Source of the DNA: Syntrophaceae bacterium UBA6087
Lineage (GTDB): Bacteria > Desulfobacterota > Desulfomonilia > UBA1062
Direction: 5' to 3'
Length of the DNA stretch: 64,000 bases
Assembly: GCA_002448235.1 (NCBI GenBank)
Contig: DIXF01000001.1
Coordinates: 137,136 to 201,135 of the forward strand
Under the pieces are notes generated by a model. The model was not told the origin of the DNA and searched no databases. It was given only the letters and a program-made list of their open reading frames with translations. Shown here piece by piece: positions 1 to 11,609 of the stretch. Position 1 is the first letter of the stretch; each line of letters starts with the position of its first letter. The position numbers and the translations under genes were made by a program.

Positions 1-2063
1 ACGGCAAGGTTCTGCCTGATCTCGATCGTGGTCGGCAGCGAAGCACGCAGGAATTTGATGGCCTCATGTACAATGGTGACGATTTTCACCGGCTTCTTCT
101 CCTGCTCGGTTTGGCGGCTGAAGGTCAGGATCTGCCTGACAAGGTCTTTTGCCCGGTTCGCTGCCCTAAGAATCTGCTCCATGCCCTGCTGGACCTTTGG
201 CCGGTCCTGGACCTGGCTCTTGTACAGCTCGGTGAACCCGATGATCGCCCCGAGGATGTTGTTGAAGTCATGGGCAATGCCGCCGGCCAACGTACCGATG
301 GCCTCCATTTTCTGCGCCTGGGCAAGTTTTTCATGGAGTTTTCGCCGTTCGGTAACGTCGCGTGCGATACCGTGGAAGCCTACCTTTTTCCCTGTATCAT
401 CCCTGATCAGGGAATTTGATGTTTCGACAAAGCACAGGGAACCGTCCCTTCTGATCAGCTCCCAGTCGTAAATTCTGGCCGGCTGACCGGTTATATAGAC
501 TTCCTTGAATATGGAGAAAACCTTTTTGGCCTTTTCATTGTCGATGAAAGCCCGGTAGCTCTTTCCCGTCAGTTCCTCGGGGGCGTACCCGAGGATTCTG
601 GCAAGGACATCATTGAAGAAGACTAGGTTGCCTTTGAGATCCACCTCGAAATATCCGTCCTCGATCTCCTCCAGGAGCTCGCTATAGCGCCGCTCGCTTT
701 TGGCAAGGGCATCTTCCTTGCGCTTGAACTCCGTGATATCCCTCATCACCTCGATTGCGCCGCCGCGGTTTCCGTCCTTGTCGTACAAGGCCGTGGCCAC
801 AGCCCATATATGTGCCCCTCTGCCGCCGTAGACACTCGGCAGATAACATTCGGCAAAGATCTGCCCTTCTTTCCGGATTACATACTTGTACAAGGACTCG
901 ATGCTTTCGTCCGGCGTATCGAGGAGATCGACGAGGATAGGCCTTTTCTCGCCGTAAAAAGGCCTCGCATACTCATAGCCGCTTGAGTTCAGCATGGACT
1001 CTTTCTTCAAACCGGTCATATCCTCGGTGGCCCGGTTCCAGGCGATGACCTTCTTATCCTGGTCTATGACGAAGACTGCATCGGGGATAAACTCGATGAT
1101 ATCGTTGAGTCTCTGGGTCAGGGATATCAACTCTTTTTTTATCCGTGTCTGCTCGGTGACATCGGAGAAGAATCCTACGTTGCATCTCCTGCCGTCGATG
1201 GTCATGGCGGACGTACGGATATCGGCATAGAAGACAGTCCCGTCCTTGCGTTTACAGGGGACATCCATCGCTATTCTGCTATCCCCCTGTCCGGGGGCTT
1301 CGAATTGAGCCATGATGCCCGGAAGGTGCTCAGCCGGGCGAATATCGTTCACGGAAAGCTGCATCAATTCATCGACACTGTAGCCCAGCAAGGAGCAACT
1401 GGCGGGATTGGCATGGAGAAACTTCTTGGTTTCCATGTCTGCAATCAGGATGCCTTCCGCCGCATTTTCGAAGATGATGTGATACTTGTCCTCAACCAGT
1501 TGCAGGACGGCCTCGGCGTGAAGGCGCTTGATCTCCTCCCTGTTTTTCTCCAGAGTGACGTCCTGGAGACTTTTTCCAAGGTCTCGGAGTTGCTGCATCC
1601 GCTTCTCCATCTTCTGCAGCAGCCGTTCGTTGTGAGCCATGAGGTATTCCGAGTCGTCTTGAATCTGCGGCGCTGCTGAGCGGATCTTTCCTTCTTCGTG
1701 TCCCCGGATGACCTGCTCGACTTCTGCGAGGAAGACCTCCGGCTCCTCCGGCTTGATGATGAAGCGGGAGGCGCCGAGTTTGAGCGCCAGGTCCCTGTCC
1801 TTTTCCTCGGTATATGTCGCAGTATAGATGATGACGGGGATGTCCCGTAACGCCTCTCTTTTTTTCACTTCACGGCAGAGCTGGAATCCGTCCATGACGG
1901 GCATGAGGATATCGGTGATGATAAGGTCGAAGGGCTCCCGTTCGAGACGCTGCATGGCCTCCTGACCGTTAGTGACCGATGTGACTTCGTAGTTCCTGGT
2001 CTTCAGCAGGGCCTCTATGAGGTAGAGGTTGGACTGATTGTCGTCGGCGCTCAGGATCTTCAT
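1..2063 (-). CDS. Hybrid sensor histidine kinase, 3'-truncated by the window edge. Order of domains is N-terminal receiver, then PAS/PAC repeats, then HisKA. The start codon is the ATG at 2063.
   Basis: Manual translation of the minus strand from the ATG at 2063 gives MKILSADDNQSNLYLIEALLK...DLIITDILMPVMDGF, a CheY-like receiver. Further on are PAS-like segments and an H-box, EAIGTLAGGIAHDFNNIL. The reading frame stays open to position 1, so the protein is not complete in this window. The ORF track does not list it because there is no in-window stop. Confidence 0.8.
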   Translation of the reverse strand, partial: MKILSADDNQSNLYLIEALLKTRNYEVTSVTNGQEAMQRLEREPFDLIITDILMPVMDGFQLCREVKKREALRDIPVIIYTATYTEEKDRDLALKLGASRFIIKPEEPEVFLAEVEQVIRGHEEGKIRSAAPQIQDDSEYLMAHNERLLQKMEKRMQQLRDLGKSLQDVTLEKNREEIKRLHAEAVLQLVEDKYHIIFENAAEGILIADMETKKFLHANPASCSLLGYSVDELMQLSVNDIRPAEHLPGIMAQFEAPGQGDSRIAMDVPCKRKDGTVFYADIRTSAMTIDGRRCNVGFFSDVTEQTRIKKELISLTQRLNDIIEFIPDAVFVIDQDKKVIAWNRATEDMTGLKKESMLNSSGYEYARPFYGEKRPILVDLLDTPDESIESLYKYVIRKEGQIFAECYLPSVYGGRGAHIWAVATALYDKDGNRGGAIEVMRDITEFKRKEDALAKSERRYSELLEEIEDGYFEVDLKGNLVFFNDVLARILGYAPEELTGKSYRAFIDNEKAKKVFSIFKEVYITGQPARIYDWELIRRDGSLCFVETSNSLIRDDTGKKVGFHGIARDVTERRKLHEKLAQAQKMEAIGTLAGGIAHDFNNILGAIIGFTELYKSQVQDRPKVQQGMEQILRAANRAKDLVRQILTFSRQTEQEKKPVKIVTIVHEAIKFLRASLPTTIEIRQNLA

Positions 2064-2067
2064 GGCT

Positions 2068-2448
2068 TTACTCCTTCGGTAGTGAGGGGAGGTGCCGTTT
2101 AATCTGCCCGATGAACGTGTCGGGATCGATGGGTTTTTCTATATAATCGTTGGCGCCTACTTCGATGGCCTTTTCCCGGTCGCCGACCATGGCATAAGAG
2201 CTGACCGCGATGATGGGCGTTTTGTCGAATTCCCTGTTCCGCCGCAGTTCCTTTGCCACGGAGTAACCGTCCATCACGGGGAGCTGGATATCAAGGAGTA
2301 TGAGCTGCGGCTTTACCTTTTTCGCGGTTTCAATCCCGGTCCTTCCGTCTTTCGACTCGACCACGGTAAAACCATGCTTCTCCAGAAGAAAATGCATGAG
2401 ATAAAGGTTCTGTTCGTTGTCTTCGATGACGAGGACGACGGTCTTCAT
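2068..2448 (-). CDS. Single-domain response regulator (CheY-like receiver).
   Basis: The listed ORF is 2068..2505. The internal start MKTVVLVIEDNEQNLYLMHFLLEKHGF...LILLDIQLPVMDGY is a canonical receiver domain. That start overlaps the stop of the upstream kinase gene as ATGA. Confidence 0.85.
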   Translation of the reverse strand: MKTVVLVIEDNEQNLYLMHFLLEKHGFTVVESKDGRTGIETAKKVKPQLILLDIQLPVMDGYSVAKELRRNREFDKTPIIAVSSYAMVGDREKAIEVGANDYIEKPIDPDTFIGQIKRHLPSLPKE

Positions 2449-4439
2449 GATATCCCTCCCTTGCTTTGCGGAAGAGAAACGGTGAAGGTGCTTCCCTTGC
2501 CCCATTCGCTTTCCGCCCGGATGGCCCCTCCCATCATTTCCACAAGTTTTCTGGTGATGGTGAGACCGAGTCCCGTTCCCTCCTGTACTCTGGTAATGCC
2601 TATATCCACCTGGTGGAAAGGACTGAAGATAACCTCCATGTCTTCCGGTTTGATGCCCATGCCCGTATCCGTCACGGACAGGATGATAACATCGTTATCG
2701 GCATGACACTTGAGATCGATATCCCCTTGGTCGGTGAACTTGACGGCATTGCTGAGCAGGTTCATGATCACCTGCTCCATCCTCCGCTGGTCCCCGAGGA
2801 TGGTGTCGATTTCATCCCCGATACGGCAGCGGAGCTTGAGTCCCTTCTTTTCGGCAAGGGGCAGTACCATCTGCGCAACCTTTTCGATGGAGCCTTTTAA
2901 GTTGAATGCCCCGGACGATATGGAGAGCTGTCCGGCCTCGATCTTTGAGATATCAAGGATGTCGTTGATGAGCGCCAGGAGATGCCGGGCGCTGCTGCGG
3001 ACCATGCCCATCTGCTTGGTCTGTTCCTCGTTTAAGGGGCCGGCCAGGCCCTGGAGGATCATCCCCGTAAAGCCGATGATCGAGTTCAGAGGGGTCCTGA
3101 GCTCGTGGGACATTGTGGCCAGAAAGGCCGATTTGATCTTGTCGGCCGCTTCGGCGCGCTCCTTGGCAAGGGCCAGCTCATCGAGCGTTCTGACGCGCTC
3201 GGCTATCTCGACCGAAAGCTTTTCATTGGCCTCTTGAAGACTTGCCGTACGCTCATTCACCAGTTCTTCGAGATGATCCCTATGCCTGATGAGATCGCTC
3301 TCCGTATCTTTTAACGACAGGTATGTCCGGTTGAGGGTGTCCAGCATACGGTTGTAGGAATGGGCCAGCGATCCGATCTCATCGGCGGAACTGATATCGA
3401 TGCGGCGCTCGAGGTCCGATGTCTCCGCAATGTAGCGGGTACCCTCGATGAAGGTTGTAAGAGGCCTCACCACATATCTGGCGAGGCCCATATAGGTCAG
3501 GAAGCTCAGCAGTAATAGGCCCAAAGCCAAGCCGATAATGGTTATCAGGATTTGAGATTCAATCTGCTCTTTGATATTCCGGGACGGAATCATAACGACG
3601 ATCTTCCAGTCATAAGCGATGGCATTGCGGGAATAGACGTAAGCTTCGCTGCCTTGAACCTGTACGGGAATCAGAGCGTGCCGTGTGTCCGATAGCTTGT
3701 CCGCAAGGTCGCTTGAATAGTCCTTTATATTCTTAAAAAGCATCTCCTCGGAGAGCCCGGCCATTACCCGATTGTTCCTGTCGAGGAGAATGATGGCGCC
3801 CGGGGGATTGGTCTTAAAATTGGAGACATAGCTCGTGAGATTCATCAGTGTCACATCGGCGCCCACAACGCCGTAAAATTCACCTTTTTCGTCCACAAGG
3901 GCACTGACGACGCCGATGTTGATGTCCGGTGTGGTAAGTGCGGGGTACGCCGGAGTCATCGTTGCCGTTTCAGGGCTATTCTTGGCAAGAATATACCACG
4001 GTCTTTCCCGGGGGTCATAACGTGTGGGCCGCGCCCGCTTATGCGAACGGACTGAGCCGCCGTTCTCCCGTCCCATATAGACGGAGCTGACATAGGGATG
4101 GGTCGAGCGATAATTATTGAATATACCGATGATTTTCTGTTCCGTCTCCCCGATACGGTAGACGAAGGTTCTTTCGTCTGCGTTTAAAAAGCTGGTAAAG
4201 TCCCGGTCGTCCCTTGTTCGCACGAGGTCGTTTGCCGCCAGCTCGTTCACATCGTTTTTTACTTCGGTGAAGAACGAATCAAGAGCGAAATCGATATGCT
4301 GAAACTGGCTGGAGATGTCTGCCTGGATGGACAGCAGACGATCCTCCCAGAGGCGGGAGTAAAGGACGATGCCCAGGATGACCATGATAAGGCCCGTGGT
4401 GAGGAGATAAAGGACCAGCAGCTTGGCCTGAAGTTTCAT
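2445..4439 (-). CDS. Sensor histidine kinase with a periplasmic Cache-type domain, a HAMP linker, HisKA and HATPase_c domains.
   Basis: Translated ORF is 664 aa with an N-terminal transmembrane segment, a roughly 270-aa periplasmic region, a second transmembrane segment and a coiled coil. The H-box is ATMSHELRTPLNSIIGF. N, G1 and G2 boxes are present (NLLSNAVKFT, DTGMGI, GTGLGL). Confidence 0.85.
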   Translation of the reverse strand: MKLQAKLLVLYLLTTGLIMVILGIVLYSRLWEDRLLSIQADISSQFQHIDFALDSFFTEVKNDVNELAANDLVRTRDDRDFTSFLNADERTFVYRIGETEQKIIGIFNNYRSTHPYVSSVYMGRENGGSVRSHKRARPTRYDPRERPWYILAKNSPETATMTPAYPALTTPDINIGVVSALVDEKGEFYGVVGADVTLMNLTSYVSNFKTNPPGAIILLDRNNRVMAGLSEEMLFKNIKDYSSDLADKLSDTRHALIPVQVQGSEAYVYSRNAIAYDWKIVVMIPSRNIKEQIESQILITIIGLALGLLLLSFLTYMGLARYVVRPLTTFIEGTRYIAETSDLERRIDISSADEIGSLAHSYNRMLDTLNRTYLSLKDTESDLIRHRDHLEELVNERTASLQEANEKLSVEIAERVRTLDELALAKERAEAADKIKSAFLATMSHELRTPLNSIIGFTGMILQGLAGPLNEEQTKQMGMVRSSARHLLALINDILDISKIEAGQLSISSGAFNLKGSIEKVAQMVLPLAEKKGLKLRCRIGDEIDTILGDQRRMEQVIMNLLSNAVKFTDQGDIDLKCHADNDVIILSVTDTGMGIKPEDMEVIFSPFHQVDIGITRVQEGTGLGLTITRKLVEMMGGAIRAESEWGKGSTFTVSLPQSKGGIS

Positions 4440-4882
4440 CCCGCCCGCAGCTCCTTTCCCGCTGCGACCGCCGGTTTCCGGTCATGAAGAAACGAGTCTG
4501 CCGAACGCCTGTGAGCACAGAGGCAGAGACCGGAGCGGTAAAAAGAAAGAAGGAAGGCAATGGAGAGTGAAGCATCTTCGTCTGGTGGGAGCAATCCGTC
4601 CCCGCATTGCCGGAATAAAACCGGGTCTGTCGCCATGGAAAAGCACTATATAAGAAAGGGTGATCGTTCAGCAAGAAATATCCTGCTGAGATATCAGTTT
4701 CTTGCACAAGCGGATCGCTGAAGAAAGGGAATCGAGGCGAAGAGCTCTCATGCACCCGATCCTGCCGGCGGACAGGAGATGAGATATCATGGAAGGTCTT
4801 CTCCTGCAGGGGGGGAAGAAGCCATGATTCCGGGGGTAAAGGGGAAATCATTTTTCTAATAATCGTGAAATTCACTACATCC

Positions 4883-4911
4883 TTGACATTCCACATGCTC
4901 TTCTTATATAG
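4883..4911 (+). promoter_or_regulatory. Candidate sigma-70 promoter for the rpsU operon.
   Basis: TTGACA at 4883-4888, a 16-17-nt spacer, then a TATATA-like -10. This lies about 55 nt upstream of the rpsU RBS (GAGAGGGGG). Confidence 0.3.
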
Positions 4912-4964
4912 ATTCTATCTCTTGAATAAAAAGCTCCTAGAAGAGAGGGGGTGTACATAATCGA

Positions 4965-5168
4965 ATGCCTGGAATAAAGGTGAGAGAAACAGAGCCTTTT
5001 GAGGGCGCGCTCAAGCGCTTCAAGAAGCAGGTAGAGAAAGCAGGTGTTCTCTCTGAGGTCCGCAAGCGCGAATTCTATGAAAAGCCGAGCGTTAAGAAAA
5101 AGAAAAAGGCAATAGCGGCGCGCAAAAGGGTTTTAAAGAGAATGAATAAGGTTAGGTCATACTACTGA
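4965..5168 (+). CDS. rpsU: 30S ribosomal protein S21.
   Basis: 67-aa translation [48 protein letters not shown]... matches the conserved S21 sequence. Confidence 0.95.
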   Translation: MPGIKVRETEPFEGALKRFKKQVEKAGVLSEVRKREFYEKPSVKKKKKAIAARKRVLKRMNKVRSYY

Positions 5169-5605
5169 TGCTCGTTGATACGATCAAGTCTGACTTAGTA
5201 AAAGCAATGAAGGCAGGGGATAAAGATAAGATCTCCTGCCTTCGTTTGATATTGTCCGCGTTCAAGTACAAGCAGGTCGAATCGAAAAAAGAGCTCGACG
5301 ATGCGGAAGCGCTCCAGGTCTTGCGCACCCAGGTCAAACAGGTGACGGATTCCTACGAGCAGTACAAGCAGGGCGGCAGGGAAGACCTCGCAGCAAACGA
5401 GGAAAAGAACCTCGCCATCCTGAAATCATACCTTCCGCAGGAATTGAGCGATGAAGAGATCGGCGGGATCGTGAAACGGATAGTTGCAGAGACATCGGCT
5501 ACGAAAAAAGATTTCGGCATGGTCATGAAAAAGACCATGGCAGAGGTCTCGGGCCGGGCTGACGGGAAACGGGTAAGCGCTGTCGTATCCCAACTCCTGC
5601 ATTGA
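5168..5605 (+). CDS. GatB/YqeY-domain protein.
   Basis: 145-aa translation with the YqeY-like pattern (...ALKAGDK..., ...LKSYLP...). It immediately follows rpsU, which is the conserved position for this gene. Confidence 0.85.
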   Translation: MLVDTIKSDLVKAMKAGDKDKISCLRLILSAFKYKQVESKKELDDAEALQVLRTQVKQVTDSYEQYKQGGREDLAANEEKNLAILKSYLPQELSDEEIGGIVKRIVAETSATKKDFGMVMKKTMAEVSGRADGKRVSAVVSQLLH

Positions 5606-5659
5606 TTTCTTAAGAATTCTAAACGATAAGCCGGCCTCCGCCGGAATACCTGGACATTC

Positions 5660-7924
5660 ATGGGACAGGATCTGCTCGAATTTTCTTCGCTCAAGGGATA
5701 TATCCGGTCGTTTGTCGCGTCCGATGCAGGGCTGAATGCTCTTGCCGAGCTGCGCCCTTTCGATACCTGGGACGAGGCAGCTCAGCGCTGGGGCATGCTG
5801 CAGGAGATGATCTCGCTCGTTGCCTTAAGCGAACCGCTTGGGTTCTCCGCCCTGTCGGAGATCAGGGAACTCCTCAATTTCCGCGAAGGGGCCGTGTTCG
5901 AGGGCAAGGATATCGTGATGGTATCGGACGTCATCTTGGAAACGGCGCGGATCAAGCGTCTGCTGGGAAAACCGGGAGGCCCCCTTTCGAGCATAACGGC
6001 GGGGATCGAGCCTTTGGAGGGCCTGACCACAGAGATCAATGATCTTCTGCTGCCCACCGGAGAGATTTCCGATGAGGCAAATCCATTCTTAAGAAGGCTT
6101 CGCAAGCAGGCGAGGTCGCTTCGCAGCGTGGTACTGGAGAAGCTCCAGGGCATCCTCGATTTTCTGAAAACCAAGTCCATGGTCATGGAGGACCTCATCA
6201 CCGTCCGCAACGACCGCTACGTCATTCCCTTGAGGCACGACTACGGCAGCCACGTCAAGGGCATCACCCATGACTTCTCCCGCACGAACAAGACCGCGTT
6301 CGTGGAGCCTCTGGCCGTCGTGGAGGAGAACAACGAGCTGGGCCAGGTGCGCTCGGACATCAAGGAAGAAGAGAACAAGATCCTGCGCGATCTTACGGCT
6401 CAGATCCTCGTGCACGGAGTGAGTATCCGGAACAATCTTAAGCTCTACGGTCTTCTGGACCTTATCCATGCATGTGCGGCGTGGGCCGTGAAGCACAATG
6501 CAGTCGTTCCCTCACTGTCGAGCGACGGGATCGACCTCAGAGGTGCCCGGCACCCCATCCTGATCGAACGCCTGGGCAAGAGAACCGTCCCGCTTGATAT
6601 CGTCATGCCGGCGGGCAAGGACTGCCTTATCATCTCCGGACCCAACGCGGGCGGAAAGACCGTGGCGCTGAAAACCCTCGGGCTCCTCATGGTCATGGCA
6701 AAGAGCGGGCTCGCCATCCCGGCAAAGGAAGAGTCGAGGATCTTCCCGGTGAGATCCGTGCTCGTGGAGATGGATACGAGCCAGGACATCCAGCACGATC
6801 TCTCATCCTTTACCGCCCATGCCCTGACGCTGAAGCGCATATACGAGCAGGCAGGTCCTGGAGACCTTATCCTCCTCGACGAACCGGGCACCGGCACCGA
6901 GCCACAGCAGGGTGCGGCCATCGCGGTGAGCTGCATCGATGCCTTCCGGAAAAAGGGCGCACGGGTGGTAGTTACCTCTCATGCCGATCTAATCAAGCTC
7001 TACGGCCTCTCCAGCGAGGGCGTGGAGAACGCGGCGACCGCCTTCGACGATACGGGACTGAAGCCGCTCTTCAGTCTCCAGTACGGGGTGATCGGGCAGA
7101 GCAGGGCCTTCGATATCTTAAAGTCCGTAGACTTTCCGGCCGAGATCATCCGCGACGCGATAACGATCACCACCGGTGACGGGGGATCGGCTTTGGCAAA
7201 GGCAATGGAAGACATATCCCAGGCTTCGTCCATGAGGCTCAAAGCCGAAGAAGAGCTCGCCCGGGCAAGGGAGCTTACGCTGCAGGCAGAAGAAAAGGTC
7301 AAAGAGGTGCAGCGGGAAAAGGTCACCTTCGCGCTGCGGTACAAGCGCCTCATGGACAGGGTGGAAATACTTGCCGCCAAGCCGCAGCCAAGGGAAAAGG
7401 TGGAAGAGGTCAGGTCTTCGCAAGAGGCGCATGAGCTCGAAGAGATCCGGAAAGAAAACGAGCCGGCGTTAGCGCTCGCCGTGAGGAAGGGAGGACCGGT
7501 CGTGCTCAAGGGGACGAACACGACCGGCGAGGTCGTGGAGCTTTTGGGAGAGCATGCGGAGATCCTCATAGGACAGAAGCGGCTCAAGGTGAGCTTGGAC
7601 CAGATAGAGGCCGTTCAAGAGGAAGAAGACCGCAAACCCAAGCGCGTGGGCATGCGCGTCCGGGCAATCTCGGAGTATGTGCTGCCGATCAATGTCGTAG
7701 GGATGCGCGTGGACGAGGCCCTGCCGGTAATCGAGAAGGCGGTCGACCAGGCGCTTCTCTCGGGACAGAAGAGCATCGAGATCATCCACGGCGCAGGCAC
7801 AGGGAGATTAAAAGCCGCCATCCGGGAATACCTGAAAAGCCTCGACGCGGTGAAAGGATATTCCGACAGCACGATCAGGGAAGGCGGCGGGAACAAGACG
7901 ATCGTCATGTTCGAAAAGGGCTGA
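5660..7924 (+). CDS. mutS2: Endonuclease MutS2 (MutS-family ATPase with a C-terminal Smr domain).
   Basis: 754-aa translation. Walker A is GPNAGGKTVALKTLGLL. The C-terminal Smr region reads HGAGTGRLKAAIREYLK. The stop overlaps the dnaG start. Confidence 0.9.
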   Translation: MGQDLLEFSSLKGYIRSFVASDAGLNALAELRPFDTWDEAAQRWGMLQEMISLVALSEPLGFSALSEIRELLNFREGAVFEGKDIVMVSDVILETARIKRLLGKPGGPLSSITAGIEPLEGLTTEINDLLLPTGEISDEANPFLRRLRKQARSLRSVVLEKLQGILDFLKTKSMVMEDLITVRNDRYVIPLRHDYGSHVKGITHDFSRTNKTAFVEPLAVVEENNELGQVRSDIKEEENKILRDLTAQILVHGVSIRNNLKLYGLLDLIHACAAWAVKHNAVVPSLSSDGIDLRGARHPILIERLGKRTVPLDIVMPAGKDCLIISGPNAGGKTVALKTLGLLMVMAKSGLAIPAKEESRIFPVRSVLVEMDTSQDIQHDLSSFTAHALTLKRIYEQAGPGDLILLDEPGTGTEPQQGAAIAVSCIDAFRKKGARVVVTSHADLIKLYGLSSEGVENAATAFDDTGLKPLFSLQYGVIGQSRAFDILKSVDFPAEIIRDAITITTGDGGSALAKAMEDISQASSMRLKAEEELARARELTLQAEEKVKEVQREKVTFALRYKRLMDRVEILAAKPQPREKVEEVRSSQEAHELEEIRKENEPALALAVRKGGPVVLKGTNTTGEVVELLGEHAEILIGQKRLKVSLDQIEAVQEEEDRKPKRVGMRVRAISEYVLPINVVGMRVDEALPVIEKAVDQALLSGQKSIEIIHGAGTGRLKAAIREYLKSLDAVKGYSDSTIREGGGNKTIVMFEKG

Positions 7925-9653
7925 TGGAAAGAGACAACGTAGAAAAGGTCAGAAGCGCCATTGACATCGTCTCCGTCATTTCAGGGTACGTGAGCCTGAA
8001 GAAGAGGGGCAGGACACATGTCGGACTGTGCCCGTTCCACACGGAGAAGACGCCGTCGTTCCATGTGGACGCCGCCCGGCAGACGTACAAGTGCTTCGGG
8101 TGCGGCAAGGGGGGCGATGTCTTCAACTTCGTGATGGATAAGGATGGCTTGAGCTTCCCCGAGGTATTGAAAAAACTGGCTGACCAGGCAGGCATCACCA
8201 TAGAAATGCCGGCCAGGGGCAGGAGCTCTGAGAAGGCGGTGTTTTTCGAGGCCAACAAGTTCGCCCTGGAGTTCTACCGGAAGACGCTGCATTCCTCAAA
8301 AGGGGCGGATGCGATGGATTACCTCAGGAAAAGAGGCTTGAGCTCTGAGACCATCGGCGCTTTCGAGCTTGGATACGCACCCGACTCGTGGGAAGAGCTG
8401 GGACGCTTCCTGAAAACAAAGGGGGTGCCGCTGGAGGCGGCATGCAAATGCGGCCTTCTCGCAGAGCGAAAGACAAACGGGTACTACGATCGCTTTCGGA
8501 ACCGGGTGATCTTCCCGATAAGGGACATCACCTCGGACGTGATCGGCTTTGGCGGGAGGATTCTGGACAAGGGGGAGCCCAAGTACCTCAATACTCCCGA
8601 ATCGCCGGTCTTCAAAAAGCGGATGGTCCTGTACAATCTCTGCAGCGTCAAGGGGAACATCAGGGAAAAAGGCGTGGTGATCGTGGAAGGGTATATGGAT
8701 GTGGTCTCTTTGAGCAATGCAGGCTTCAAAGAAGCGGTTGCCACCCTGGGCACCGCCCTGGGCGAAGACCATGTTCGCCTCCTGAGCCGCTTCACGGATA
8801 AGATCAACCTGGTGTTCGACGGGGACAAGGCGGGACGCAACGCGATGGTCCGCTCGGTGGATCCCTTTCTCGCCTGCGACGTCATCCCCAAGGTCGTCCT
8901 GCTGCCCGATGGAAAAGACCCCGACGATGTCGCCAGGACAGACCCTGAATTGTGGAGGGATCTGCTCGGCATGGCTCCTTCCATATGGGATTTCATTTTT
9001 AATGAATCTTTTTCGACCAGAGATACATCAAAACTGGAAGATAAAAAGACTCTTATGAAGGAGCTCGTTCCCGTCATATCCCGGATAAAAGATCCGCTTG
9101 TCCGGGAGCTTTTAAGCCAGAGACTCGCTGTTCGGCTGAAGGTATCGGAGGAGGTGGTCACCCGGCAGATCACGAGCGAAAAGGCTGTTCCGGCCGGGGG
9201 CAACCAAGCGGCTTCCCGCGAGCACTTGCCCATGGATGAAATTGTCGCGCGGCTGATGCTCTTCGATGAATATGCAATCCGGGTGGTGAAAGGGCTTGAG
9301 ATCGCAGGCACCGTAAAGGACAGCGACCACTCCCGGCTGATCCGTTTTCTGGTGGAAAAAGGCAAGAGGGGCCTCGATGCCTACGACTGTCCGGATGATG
9401 TCAGAAGACTGGCTTCCAGGATCATGGCGGAAGGCGAGTTTCCCGGAGATGCAAAAAAAGCCTTGCTTGATATGGCTTGCCGGTTTAAGAGTCTTTCGAT
9501 CGAATCGGATATACAGCGGATACAGCGTGAATTATCTCAGGCTGAGGAAAGCGGAGACCGCGCACGAAGAAACGAACTGCTGAAAGCAAGACAGCAGAAG
9601 ATGGACGAGAGAAAGCACATACGAGAGTATGTGACGGAGGTGCTACAGAGCAT

Positions 9654-9657
<4 letters not shown>
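7924..9657 (+). CDS. dnaG: DNA primase.
   Basis: 577-aa translation. It has a CHC2 zinc finger ([13 protein letters not shown]...[11 protein letters not shown]) and a TOPRIM region (EGYMDVV, DGDKAG). Confidence 0.95.
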
Positions 9658-11372
<1,715 letters not shown>

Positions 11373-11409
11373 GCGGATAAGCAATAAAAGAATAATTTTG
11401 ATTCGGTAA

Positions 11410-11452
11410 GGGGCCGGAGACGGATGTTCATCTGTCTCCGGCCTTTTGTTTT
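11410..11452 (+). terminator. Rho-independent terminator after rpoD.
   Basis: Hairpin GGCCGGAGACGGATGTTCATCTGTCTCCGGCC followed by TTTTGTTTTT. Confidence 0.6.
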
Positions 11453-11558
11453 TATAAGACAAATCCTATCGGTCTCGACAGTTGAGAACTAATGAATGAT
11501 TCACCGCACTGAACGGCGGGGTGCTTTGTGTTGACTGGCAGGGAGAAATGAACAGGCG

Positions 11559-11595
11559 AAAAAAAAGCCCGCCTGTTGGCGGGCTTTTTTATTTG
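11559..11595. terminator. Bidirectional intrinsic terminator.
   Basis: AAAAAAAA-GCCCGCC-TGTT-GGCGGGC-TTTTTTATTT. An A-run precedes the GC stem and a T-run follows it, so it can terminate both the rpoD operon (+) and the convergent porin gene (-). Confidence 0.55.
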
Positions 11596-11609
11596 AACCT
11601 TAGACCTTC

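Noticed and set aside
2092-2706. 204-aa ORF on the plus strand.
   Set aside because: It lies antisense inside the response-regulator and Cache-kinase genes. It is Pro/Gly/Arg-rich in a GC-skewed frame typical of shadow ORFs in high-GC DNA, and the opposite strand carries unmistakable receiver and kinase motifs.
4279-4896. 205-aa ORF on the minus strand across the intergenic region between the Cache-kinase gene and rpsU.
   Set aside because: It overlaps the kinase start and the divergent promoter region. It is Pro/Ser/Arg-rich with no motifs, and the real kinase start is at 4439.
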